Shown in pieces: positions 51,823 to 60,171 of a DNA stretch of 64,000 bases (positions are counted from its first letter, which is position 1; every line of letters begins with the position of its first letter). This DNA is from Aquiflexum sp. (lineage in GTDB: Bacteria > Bacteroidota > Bacteroidia > Cytophagales > Cyclobacteriaceae): contig NZ_JBGTCA010000019.1 in NCBI RefSeq assembly GCF_041749095.1, positions 22 to 64,021 on the forward strand, in the 5' to 3' direction. The position numbers were made by a program, and so were the translations under genes. Under the pieces are notes generated by a model. It was not told the DNA's origin and did no database searches. It saw only the letters and a list, made by a program, of their open reading frames with translations.

Positions 51823-52850
51823 TGGATTTTATTTTTTATGGCTAAAAGTTTTGTTAATGAACTCTCCAGATCTTCATCTCCCAAATCCAGTTCTACAATT
51901 TGATCCCTTGGGTTTTTTTTAAGGTCAAATTCGTAAGACTTGTCATAATATTGAAGCAAAATATTGATCCATAATTCCGGTTGATTGTTTTGAATTGCCT
52001 CAATGGATTCTGCGGTTCTAAGCCCTCCCAGTTTCTTTTGAAGGCGACTGACGGCAGAGATAAGTTCTACTTTTGGCAATGAAGCATATTCATACTTTAT
52101 TTGGGAAATTCTCTGCTTGATAGTTTTATGGATTTCAACCAAGGGAGCATTTACTATTGATGCATACAATTCATTAGCTAGTATCACTTTCCCTATCCTC
52201 CTACTTTCATTTTCAATCCAAATAATTACATTCTCTGGGATTTTTAAGAACTCTTCGGCCAACATATTTTCAAATTGTTCAATGCTTGGCTGTGGTTTCA
52301 TTCCAATTCCACCAAAAGTTGAACCTTTATGTCCTGCAAGAAACTCGAGATCTATAATGTCCTCTCCCGCTTCCTTCAATCTTTTTAAAAGAAGGGTTTT
52401 TCCAACACCGGTTTTACCTCCCAAAGTCAGGAAATTTCTCTTCTTCCTTATCGTTTTGTAGGTAAATGCACGGTAAACCTTATACCCTCCCCTCAATCTA
52501 AAAACTTCAAATCCGGCCATTCCCAATAACCAAGACAAAATTTCACTTCTCATGCCACCTCGCCAACAATAGATGAGTACTTTTTTCTCCGGAGCAATAG
52601 CTAATGCGTCTTGGATTATTGAATGGAATCTTGGTCCGACAAGCTCAAACCCTTTAAACACTGCTTGCTGATTTCCTTGCTGCTTATAGACAGTGCCTAT
52701 TATTTTTCTTTCTTCATTATTCAAAATGGGCAAATTGATCGCTCCAGGAATATGGCTTTGCTCATATTCTCCCTCACTTCTAGCATCTAAAATGGAGATC
52801 CTCTTCCTTAATTCCAGAAACCCATCTAAATCGATCTGTACCTCTTTCAT
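51798..52850 (-). CDS. selU: tRNA 2-selenouridine synthase
   Basis: Rhodanese domain with IYCWRGGMRS and a P-loop GKTGVGKT. I chose the ATG at 52850 because the track extension translates a terminator tail. Overlaps selD by 25 nt. Confidence 0.85.
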   Translation of the reverse strand: MKEVQIDLDGFLELRKRISILDARSEGEYEQSHIPGAINLPILNNEERKIIGTVYKQQGNQQAVFKGFELVGPRFHSIIQDALAIAPEKKVLIYCWRGGMRSEILSWLLGMAGFEVFRLRGGYKVYRAFTYKTIRKKRNFLTLGGKTGVGKTLLLKRLKEAGEDIIDLEFLAGHKGSTFGGIGMKPQPSIEQFENMLAEEFLKIPENVIIWIENESRRIGKVILANELYASIVNAPLVEIHKTIKQRISQIKYEYASLPKVELISAVSRLQKKLGGLRTAESIEAIQNNQPELWINILLQYYDKSYEFDLKKNPRDQIVELDLGDEDLESSLTKLLAIKNKIQWKIKKSD

Positions 52851-52865
52851 TAAATTGAATTTGGT

Positions 52866-52908
52866 TAAAAATAAAAATAGCCACAAAGAATGGATCTTTG
52901 TGGCTATT
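52866..52908 (-). terminator. rho-independent terminator after trxA
   Basis: On the minus strand, the 13-bp stem AATAGCCACAAAG/CTTTGTGGCTATT is followed by TTTTATTTTT. Confidence 0.8.
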
Positions 52909-52926
52909 GTTTGAAATATTCAAATC

Positions 52927-53247
52927 TTATAATTGGGCGTCAAGTTTTTTTGCCAATACTGCTTTTGGAACTGCACCAACTTGCTTATCCACTATCTCAC
53001 CACCTTTGAAGAACAATAATGTTGGAATGCTTCTGATTCCGAATTGAGATGCCACACCGGGATTGGAGTCAACATCAACTTTTCCAATAACTGCTTTTCC
53101 TTCATAATCCCCGGCCAATTCCTCTACAATCGGACCGATCATTTTACAAGGTCCACACCATTCAGCCCAAAAATCAACAAGGATAGGTTGTTCGGAATTC
53201 ATGATTTCTTCAAAATTTGCGTCAGTAATTTCTATTGCTTTTGCCAT
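52927..53247 (-). CDS. trxA: thioredoxin
   Basis: WAEWCGPCKM motif, 106 aa. Confidence 0.95.
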   Translation of the reverse strand: MAKAIEITDANFEEIMNSEQPILVDFWAEWCGPCKMIGPIVEELAGDYEGKAVIGKVDVDSNPGVASQFGIRSIPTLLFFKGGEIVDKQVGAVPKAVLAKKLDAQL

Positions 53248-53398
53248 TATAATATATTTTTAATTTGTTTCTTGAATTTCTAAATATAGTAGGTAAGTGT
53301 AATCACCGGTAATAAGTTCCGGAAGAGATTGAAATATGATTGATAAAATCTATTGCCAATCTAATTTTTCAATTTTAAAATCTCCCAATTTTTCAATC

Positions 53399-56300
53399 CT
53401 ATATAATCTGATACACCACTTCCGGAATCTGCCCCAAGTCATTGATCATTTCATTAGAAGGATCAACTGTAAATTTTTTTGACATCAAATCCAATGTAAT
53501 ATTTTCCTTACTGTCTATGACATTGATAAACAGCTTGGCATCTCCTTTATACTTTTGGGTGATTGATTCCAGTTTTTCCATCAGATCCAATGTCAGGTCA
53601 TCTAAGTCAATATTGACCCGTAATCCTTTGATCATTTTTCCCCGAACCTCATTAAGCAACATGATCGAATTGATTTTAAACTCAAATTCATTTTCTTTCC
53701 ACTTATTGGGATGGACAGAACCTGAAATATAAAGAAACCACCCGGTCATGAAATACTCCTTGAACCGGATATAATCATCTCCAAAAAGAAAGAAAGTATT
53801 TGCCCCATGGTAATCTTCCATGGTCAATGTGCCGAAAGGTTTACCGGTTTTTGTGGTCCTGTGGGCAAAGGAGGTCACCATCCCGGCTGCTTTGATTTCT
53901 CCTTTCTTCCTTAATATATCCATATCAGGAAATTCCGTCATGGGAGTATTAGTAAAGGATTCTATTTCCACCCTAAACTGATCCAAAGGATGCCCGGAAA
54001 TATAAAGACCTACAACTTCCTTTTCAATGTTAAGCTGTTGTAACTGACTAAATGGCTCAATAGGTGGCACAGATGGTAACGGTACTTCCATTCCTGCTCC
54101 ACCACCAAATAAGCTTACCTGAGAACTATCAGCTTCCTGCTGCACCTTCTGAGCGTATTTAACAGCTTTTTCAAGCAAATTGGCATCTCCATCAGCCGCC
54201 TCCAAGTATTGCCTTCTATGGTGCTCTGGAAAGCAATCAAAACCTCCGGCCATCGCCAATGCCTCCAGTGTTTTCTTGTTGACGGCTCTGGAGTTCACCC
54301 TTATACAAAACTCAAAGATATTCTTGTAAGTACCTGATTTTTCCCTTTCTGCAATGATCGCCTCCACGGCAGCCCCGCCTGCGCCTTTGATGGCAGCAAG
54401 ACCGAATCTGATCTGACCTTCTTTATTGACAGCAAACCCACTGTTAGATTCATTGATATCAGGACCCAACACCGCTATTCCACCACGCTTACATTCTTCC
54501 ATAAAAAAAGTAACCTGTGTAATATCATTCATGTTATTGCTCAACACCGAAGCCATATACTCTGCAGGATAGTGGGCTTTGAGATATGCCGTTTGATAAG
54601 CAATCCAAGCGTAGCAAGTGGAGTGGGATTTATTGAAAGCATAGGATGCAAAAGCTTCCCAGTCAGTCCATATTTTTTCCAGCTTTTTTGGATCATGTCC
54701 TTTTGTCGCAGCTTGTTCCACGAACTTGGGTTTCATCTTATCCAAAACATCCTTCTGCTTTTTCCCCATCGCTTTTCGCAATACATCTGCCTCACCTTTG
54801 GTAAAACCGGCCAGTTTTTGGGAAAGCAACATCACCTGCTCCTGATAGACTGTAATCCCATAAGTTTCCTCAAGGTATTCCTTCATATCCTCAAGGTCAT
54901 AAGCAATTGGTTCTGTACCGTGCTTTCTTTTGATAAATGAAGGAATGTAGGCCAATGGACCGGGCCTATACAAAGCATTCATAGCAATTAAATCCCCAAA
55001 AACCGTAGGCTTAAGATCCCTCATGTGTTTTTGCATTCCCGGAGATTCATATTGAAAAATACCAACTGTTTCACCCCTTTGAAATAACTCATATGTCTTG
55101 ACATCATCCATAGGAAAACTGTCCGGATCCAGTTCAATCCCATGCCTTTGCTTGACAATCTTGACAGCATCTTTGATCAGCGTTAGGGTTTTCAGACCCA
55201 AAAAGTCCATTTTCAAAAGACCGGCACTTTCCACCACCGAGTTGTCAAATTGTGTGCATACCATATCAGAATCTTTGGCCAATGCCACAGGAACATAGTC
55301 GGTAATATCCCCCGGTGTGATGATTACACCACAGGCATGGATTCCCAGGTTTCTTACAGATCCTTCAAGAATAGTGGCCTGATTGATGGTTTTGGAAAGT
55401 TCATCATGTCCCTTGGAGATTCGGATAAGTTCATCAGCTTTTCCGAGATCCTCCCCATTTCCTTTGAGTTTATCGGCCAACTTTGCCCTGTCTTTGGTCA
55501 GATCAAAAAGTGCCTTCAATTTGATATCAGGGACTAACTTGGCCAATTTATCCGCCTCGGACAAAGGCAAGTTCAAAACCCTTGCCGTATCCCTAATGGC
55601 AGACTTGGCTGCCATGGTTCCGTAAGTGATGATCTGTGCGACCTGATTGGACCCGTATTTGTTGATCACATAATCGATGACTTTTTGACGGCCTTCATCA
55701 TCAAAGTCAATATCAATATCGGGAAGGGAAACCCTATCCGGATTCAGGAATCTTTCAAATAGTAGATCATAAGCGATTGGATCCACGTTGGTAATGCCTG
55801 TGCAATAAGCAACTGCTGAACCCGCCGCCGAACCCCTGCCCGGCCCAACTGACACGCCCATCTCCCGGGCAGCGGCAGTGAAATCCTGAACAATCAAAAA
55901 ATATCCGGGGTATCCGGTATTTTCAATGGTTGCCAACTCAAAATCAAGCCTTTCCCTGATTTCATCAGTAAGTTCAGGATAGCGTTTTTTGGAACCTTCA
56001 TAAGTAAGGTATCTGAGGTAGGCATTCTCACCTCTTTTACCCCCATCCTCCTCATCCAGGGGATCTTTGAATTCTTCAGGAATATCAAATTTAGGAAGCA
56101 GGACTTCTCTTGCGAGTTTGTAGGTTTCAACCTTATTGACAATTTCATTGGTACAGGCAATTGCCTCAGGCAGATCTGCAAAGAGTTTTTTCATTTCTTC
56201 AGGACTCTTGAGATAGAATTCATCATTGGGGAACCCATAGCGGTATTCCCTCCCCCGCTTTCCTACATACTTTTTGGGCTTTTCTACCAACTCCCCATCT

Positions 56301-57685
56301 TTCACACATAACAAAATATCATGTGCCTTGGCATCTACCTTATGGTTGTAATAGGTATTATTTGCCGCAAAATATTTAACCCCATATTTTTCTGCAAAAT
56401 GGAGTAAAACCTCATTGACCTTTTCCTCTTCAGGAATGCCATGTCTGTTCAACTCAACATAAAAATCCTCCCCGAATTGTTCATTCCACCAAATAAAGGC
56501 TTCTTCTGCATGAGTATCGCCTACATTCAAAATCAAATAAGGAATTTCTCCCCAAAGTCCACCGGTGGTGGCAATCAAATCATCTTTATATTGTTCCAAT
56601 AGTTCCCTATCAATCCTTGGCACGTAATAATATCCCTGAATATTGGCATAGGAGGACAGTTTGGCCAAGTTATGGTATCCGGCTTTGTTTTTTGCCAAAA
56701 GGACAGTTTGGTAACCATCGTCTTTTTGGCTTTTATTATTTCTGTCATTGGTCAGATTAAATTCACAACCTATAATCGGTTTGATATCATTGGCCAAAGC
56801 AGTCTTTACAAAATTAAAAGCCGCCATCATATTGCCATGGTCTGTCATAGCTATGGCGGGCATCTTCATCTGCTTGGCCAAGGCAATCATAGCCGGAATT
56901 TCTGAGGTAGCCTGCAAGACGGAATATTGGGTGTGCACATGCAAATGGGAAAAAGGCATATCCGTCATATCGGATATATCTGCTGTTCCCGCAGCTTTCA
57001 ATACATCTTTGGCAGCAATTTTTTGCTCATCTTTTGCATTGACAAAATTGGCAATGTCCAGTTTTGGTGCTTCATAGATGACTTCAGTGGCATCTATACC
57101 TTTTACCGGAGCCCAAACTTTTTGGGCAATCAGCCCAAAAAAACATTTGGCAGTAGCATCCACATCATAAGCGGCATCATGCGCATCTGCAAAACCATTC
57201 CCAAAAAGTCTATGGTGCAGTTCGGTCAAAGTAGGCCATTTGAATTTCCCGCCTTTTCCTCCGGGCAAGGCGCAAAAATCCGTGGAGATGTCCTTTGTAT
57301 CCAACTCCTTCATCTCGGCAAGTCTCATTGGAATTCCCTTTCGCAAAAATTCGGAACCCACCACATTGATATCGAAACCGATATTGTGTCCGACCAGAAA
57401 ATTGGCTTTTTCTACATCTTCATGGAAAATGGCCAGCACTTTTTCCAATTCATGCCCTTCTTTTGTCGCCCTTGCTGTGGAAATTCCGTGTACTTTTTCC
57501 GCATTATAAGGTATGGTAAAACCCTCCGGTCGGATGATGAAATTGTTGTTGGAAAGCAACTTGCCTTTGGCATCATGAAGTTGCCATGCAATCTGAACCA
57601 ATCGAGGCCAATTGTCCAGGTCGGTCATCGGGGCATTATAATTCCTTGGTAATCCTGTGGTTTCGGTATCAAAAATAATGTACAT
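53399..57685 (-). CDS. dnaE: DNA polymerase III alpha subunit with N-terminal DEDDh 3'-5' exonuclease domain
   Basis: 1428 aa. Residues 1-190 carry ExoI (FDTETTG), ExoII (VGHNIGFDINV) and ExoIII (HDAAYD). A PHP domain follows (FSHLHVHTQYS), then the polymerase core and an OB-fold. Confidence 0.9.
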   Translation of the reverse strand: MYIIFDTETTGLPRNYNAPMTDLDNWPRLVQIAWQLHDAKGKLLSNNNFIIRPEGFTIPYNAEKVHGISTARATKEGHELEKVLAIFHEDVEKANFLVGHNIGFDINVVGSEFLRKGIPMRLAEMKELDTKDISTDFCALPGGKGGKFKWPTLTELHHRLFGNGFADAHDAAYDVDATAKCFFGLIAQKVWAPVKGIDATEVIYEAPKLDIANFVNAKDEQKIAAKDVLKAAGTADISDMTDMPFSHLHVHTQYSVLQATSEIPAMIALAKQMKMPAIAMTDHGNMMAAFNFVKTALANDIKPIIGCEFNLTNDRNNKSQKDDGYQTVLLAKNKAGYHNLAKLSSYANIQGYYYVPRIDRELLEQYKDDLIATTGGLWGEIPYLILNVGDTHAEEAFIWWNEQFGEDFYVELNRHGIPEEEKVNEVLLHFAEKYGVKYFAANNTYYNHKVDAKAHDILLCVKDGELVEKPKKYVGKRGREYRYGFPNDEFYLKSPEEMKKLFADLPEAIACTNEIVNKVETYKLAREVLLPKFDIPEEFKDPLDEEDGGKRGENAYLRYLTYEGSKKRYPELTDEIRERLDFELATIENTGYPGYFLIVQDFTAAAREMGVSVGPGRGSAAGSAVAYCTGITNVDPIAYDLLFERFLNPDRVSLPDIDIDFDDEGRQKVIDYVINKYGSNQVAQIITYGTMAAKSAIRDTARVLNLPLSEADKLAKLVPDIKLKALFDLTKDRAKLADKLKGNGEDLGKADELIRISKGHDELSKTINQATILEGSVRNLGIHACGVIITPGDITDYVPVALAKDSDMVCTQFDNSVVESAGLLKMDFLGLKTLTLIKDAVKIVKQRHGIELDPDSFPMDDVKTYELFQRGETVGIFQYESPGMQKHMRDLKPTVFGDLIAMNALYRPGPLAYIPSFIKRKHGTEPIAYDLEDMKEYLEETYGITVYQEQVMLLSQKLAGFTKGEADVLRKAMGKKQKDVLDKMKPKFVEQAATKGHDPKKLEKIWTDWEAFASYAFNKSHSTCYAWIAYQTAYLKAHYPAEYMASVLSNNMNDITQVTFFMEECKRGGIAVLGPDINESNSGFAVNKEGQIRFGLAAIKGAGGAAVEAIIAEREKSGTYKNIFEFCIRVNSRAVNKKTLEALAMAGGFDCFPEHHRRQYLEAADGDANLLEKAVKYAQKVQQEADSSQVSLFGGGAGMEVPLPSVPPIEPFSQLQQLNIEKEVVGLYISGHPLDQFRVEIESFTNTPMTEFPDMDILRKKGEIKAAGMVTSFAHRTTKTGKPFGTLTMEDYHGANTFFLFGDDYIRFKEYFMTGWFLYISGSVHPNKWKENEFEFKINSIMLLNEVRGKMIKGLRVNIDLDDLTLDLMEKLESITQKYKGDAKLFINVIDSKENITLDLMSKKFTVDPSNEMINDLGQIPEVVYQII

Positions 57686-57906
57686 GCTTAATTGTCAATT
57701 TTAGGTCTTTCAAATTAACACATATAAGCGGGAGGTACTAAGTCAGTGGCGGAAATTGTCGGGAAAAATTCAGGAATTTTATTTGAAAGGAAAATTTACG
57801 TAGCCCCTGAGGACAATGAAGAAATGATACAGGATTTTTTAAAAATCAATCCGGGGATTAAGGTTGTGGGATGAAGTTTTGACATGCTTTTGTTTCCTTA
57901 GTAATC

Positions 57907-58128
57907 TCAATACAAAAATCCAAAAAGATACAACGGAATTTTATTTCCCATCCCATATTCCAACTCATCTGCAGCTATAAAAGAATCGGGGAGGTTTGCG
58001 ATCTGGGTAAAGTCTTTGTTTTTACCGCCGACTTCAAACACATACCTGTCATTGATCAAAAAATCACCTTGTTGCGGATAAGTAACGGAATGTCCACTGT
58101 TTGCCAAAACGTATCTTTGAAGATACAT
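57907..58128 (-). pseudogene. C-terminal remnant of a Bacteroidota AAA+ ATPase-family gene
   Basis: The 73-aa ORF ends ..FEVGGKNKDFTQIANLPDSFIAADELEYGMGNKIPLYLFGFLY. From memory this resembles the C-terminus of roughly 380-400-aa ATPases. No P-loop half lies upstream, because the sialidase-like gene starts 47 nt away. Confidence 0.5.
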
Positions 58129-58174
58129 AATTATTATCTTATTGTATCTTCAAAAGTACAATTACCAAATTCTC

Positions 58175-59227
58175 ATGAAAAAACTTCTTCTTTCTTCCCT
58201 TTTTTCCCTCTATTTTGGAGCTTTTGCCCAAGACATCAATTTAAAGGTTATATCGGACGAATTCATCTTTGGGGAAGACCGTCCCTTTGCCCAATGCCAT
58301 TCATCTTCCATAGAAAGCCTCAGGGATGGCAATTATATGATCGTCTGGTTTGCAGGAATAAGAGAGAAACATGGCGGTGTAGCGATTTGGTCTTCTAAGG
58401 GCAGTCCGGGAAATTGGTCTTCACCAAAATTGTTGGTCAAAGTAAGGGAAGATGCCCATTGGAATCCTGTACTGTTCAATGCACCCGATGGGAAGCTTTA
58501 CCTTTATTTTAAAGTGGGAAAGGAAATCGATGATTGGGAAACTTGGGTGACGTATTCTGAAGATCGGGGCAATTCATGGTCTGATGCCAAAGAGTTGGTC
58601 GAAGGAGACAAAGGCGGCAGGGGACCTGTAAGGAACCATATCCTCGTCTTATCAGACAATACTTGGCTAGCACCTGCTTCCATCGAGAAAAACAGGATAT
58701 GGAATGCCTTCGTAGACCGTTCAGAGGATGGTGGAAAAACCTGGCTGAATACAGAAACTTTGATCTTGGACCGGAGCGTCATTATCGGAGAAGGAGTCAT
58801 TCAGCCGGCCCTTTGGGAATCGAAACCTGGACATATTCACATGCTGCTAAGAACCTCTGCCGGTAAAATCGGAAGAAGCGATTCAAAGGACAATGGTTTT
58901 ACATGGTCACCTGTAGAATTGACCGATCTTCCCAATAACAACAGCGGAATTGATTTGGTCAAAGTCCACGATGAAACCATTGCCTTGGTATATAATCCTG
59001 TAGCAGAAAATTGGGGCAATCGTTATCCCATGCAATTGGCCATTTCATTTGACAATGGTGATACTTGGCCCATCAAAGAGGTGATAGAATCCGGAAAAGG
59101 CAAAAATGAATTTTCTTACCCTTCCATCATTTATGAAGATGGGCATTTGATATTTTGTTATACCTGGAACAGGGAAAGGATTAAGTTTGTGAAGGTGAAG
59201 GTTGAAGGTATTAACATCGTTGAATAA
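58175..59227 (+). CDS. BNR/Asp-box exo-alpha-sialidase-like secreted protein
   Basis: Signal peptide (MKKLLLSSLFSLYFGAFAQ) and four Asp-boxes: SEDRGNSW, SEDGGKTW, SKDNGFTW, SFDNGDTW. The track start at 58142 is TTG. Confidence 0.75.
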   Translation: MKKLLLSSLFSLYFGAFAQDINLKVISDEFIFGEDRPFAQCHSSSIESLRDGNYMIVWFAGIREKHGGVAIWSSKGSPGNWSSPKLLVKVREDAHWNPVLFNAPDGKLYLYFKVGKEIDDWETWVTYSEDRGNSWSDAKELVEGDKGGRGPVRNHILVLSDNTWLAPASIEKNRIWNAFVDRSEDGGKTWLNTETLILDRSVIIGEGVIQPALWESKPGHIHMLLRTSAGKIGRSDSKDNGFTWSPVELTDLPNNNSGIDLVKVHDETIALVYNPVAENWGNRYPMQLAISFDNGDTWPIKEVIESGKGKNEFSYPSIIYEDGHLIFCYTWNRERIKFVKVKVEGINIVE

Positions 59228-59290
59228 AAATGATCATTGAATAGCTAGTAGCTTTCCATCAAAATAAGGACAGCTATTTTACAAAACTTT

Positions 59291-59372
59291 GCCTTGTCAC
59301 TTCGACGACAAGAGAGGTCTTTGGACTTATAATCAGGGAATTAGATTTCTCTCTCCGTTCGAAATGACAAGG
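59291..59372. repeat. hairpin unit 1 (82 bp)
   Basis: The left arm GCCTTGTCACTTCGACG pairs with the right arm CGTTCGAAATGACAAGG. The inner arms are GAGAGGTCT / AGATTTCTCTC. Confidence 0.85.
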
Positions 59373-59428
59373 AGAAGCCAAGTCACTTCTGAACCATTAA
59401 AAAGGTATGAAGGTCTCAATAAACCTCA

Positions 59429-59547
59429 CCTTGTCACCTCGACGGTAGGAGAGGTCGGGTAACCTTAATACTGGAGCAATAGATTTCTTCCACCACGGCA
59501 AACAGGCTTCTACGTTCCTGCCATGGCAGGCAGGCGAAATGACAAGG
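59429..59547. repeat. hairpin unit 2 (119 bp, carries an extra GC palindrome)
   Basis: CCTTGTCACCTCGACGG ... GCGAAATGACAAGG, with the inserted perfect palindrome CCTGCCATGGCAGG at 59517..59530. Confidence 0.8.
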
Positions 59548-59605
59548 AAAGGTTAAATGACTGTGGCTATCCATCAAAATGAGGACAGCTACTAAGAAAG
59601 ACTTA

Positions 59606-59684
59606 GCCTTGTCACCTCGACGGCAGGAGAGGTCTATAAACCTTGAAGCTGAACAGATTTCTCTCTACGTTCGAAATGACAAGG
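59606..59684. repeat. hairpin unit 3 (79 bp)
   Basis: GCCTTGTCACCTCGACGGCAGGAGAGGTCT ... AGATTTCTCTCTACGTTCGAAATGACAAGG. Confidence 0.85.
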
Positions 59685-59742
59685 AAAGGTTAAATGACTG
59701 TAGCTATCCATCAAAATGAGGACAGCTACTAAGAAAGACTTA

Positions 59743-59824
59743 GCCTTGTCACCTCGACGGCAGGAGAGGTCTTTGGACTAATAATCAGGGAATTAGATTT
59801 CTCTCTCCGTTCGAAATGACAAGG
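59743..59824. repeat. hairpin unit 4 (82 bp)
   Basis: Same arms as unit 3. The loop (ttggactaataatcagggaatt) is nearly identical to the unit 1 loop. Confidence 0.85.
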
Positions 59825-59880
59825 ACAAGCCTTTTACACGATTGATCTAAAAAAAGTATTCAAGATTATTGTTAAACTTT

Positions 59881-60002
59881 GCCTTGTCACTTCGACGGCA
59901 GGTCTTGTCCGCCGTGGCGGAAGAAGTCTATTTAACCTAATGGCAGAGCAGAAAAGATTTCTCTCTACGTTCCTGCCACGGCAGGCAGGCGAAATGACAA
60001 GG
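59881..60002. repeat. hairpin unit 5 (122 bp, carries extra GC palindromes)
   Basis: GCCTTGTCACTTCGACGG ... GCGAAATGACAAGG, with CCGCCGTGGCGG (59909..59920) and CCTGCCACGGCAGG (59972..59985). Confidence 0.8.
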
Positions 60003-60050
60003 GCAAGCCTTCTTTTTGATTATAATCTTACTTGTTATTTAAGGACATTG

Positions 60051-60171
60051 TTTCTCGCCTCTTGGCTCTTGTTTCTTGGCTCCCCGATTCTCGGGGCCGG
60101 CTTAGTTTCTTGATTCTTGTTTCCTGGTTCTTGGCTCTTCATCCTTCCTCCCTCATCCCTCATCCTTTCCT
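60051..60171. repeat. pyrimidine-rich low-complexity tract of degenerate short tandem repeats
   Basis: TTCTTGGCTC-like and TCATCCC-like repeats (..ctcttggctcttgtttcttggctcc.., ..ttcttgattcttgtttcctggttcttggctcttc.., ..atccttcctccctcatccctcatcc..). They flank a small hairpin, CCCCGA-ttc-TCGGGG, at 60082..60096. Confidence 0.8.

Larger units (their letters stand above)
59243..60002. repeat. cluster of five nested-hairpin (REP/MITE-like) repeat units with conserved linker modules, non-coding
   Basis: No ORF of 60 aa or more on either strand. See the five unit features below. A 58-bp linker module occurs at 59548..59605 and 59685..59742 (1 mismatch), with a degenerate copy at 59243..59290. Confidence 0.9.

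Noticed and set aside
56927-57652. Long antisense ORFs inside well-supported genes: 241 aa opposite dnaE, plus 31707..32282 opposite prfC, 33623..34108 opposite the rluA-family gene, and 18043..18525 opposite adk.
   Set aside because: Their translations are low-complexity or Cys/Ser/Phe-rich with no recognisable motifs. Each is fully embedded opposite a gene with strong family signatures, so they are typical shadow ORFs.
57728-57874. Stop-to-stop reading frame AGGTKSVAEIVGKNSGILFERKIYVAPEDNEEMIQDFLKINPGIKVVG in the dnaE upstream spacer, possibly another gene remnant.
   Set aside because: It has no start codon and is only 48 codons long. I cannot tie the peptide to a family from memory, so it is not supportable as a feature.
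59351-59372. GTTCGAAAT within the repeat arms resembles a tRNA T-loop.
   Set aside because: There is no acceptor stem, D-arm or anticodon arm around it. The motif is simply part of the hairpin arm, repeated five times.
59243-60002. Possible CRISPR array, given regularly spaced repeats with variable intervening sequence.
   Set aside because: The repeats are inverted arms of hairpins, not direct 25-40-bp repeats. The 'spacers' (loops) of units 1 and 4 are nearly identical. Unit lengths vary from 79 to 122 bp. No cas genes or leader are present.
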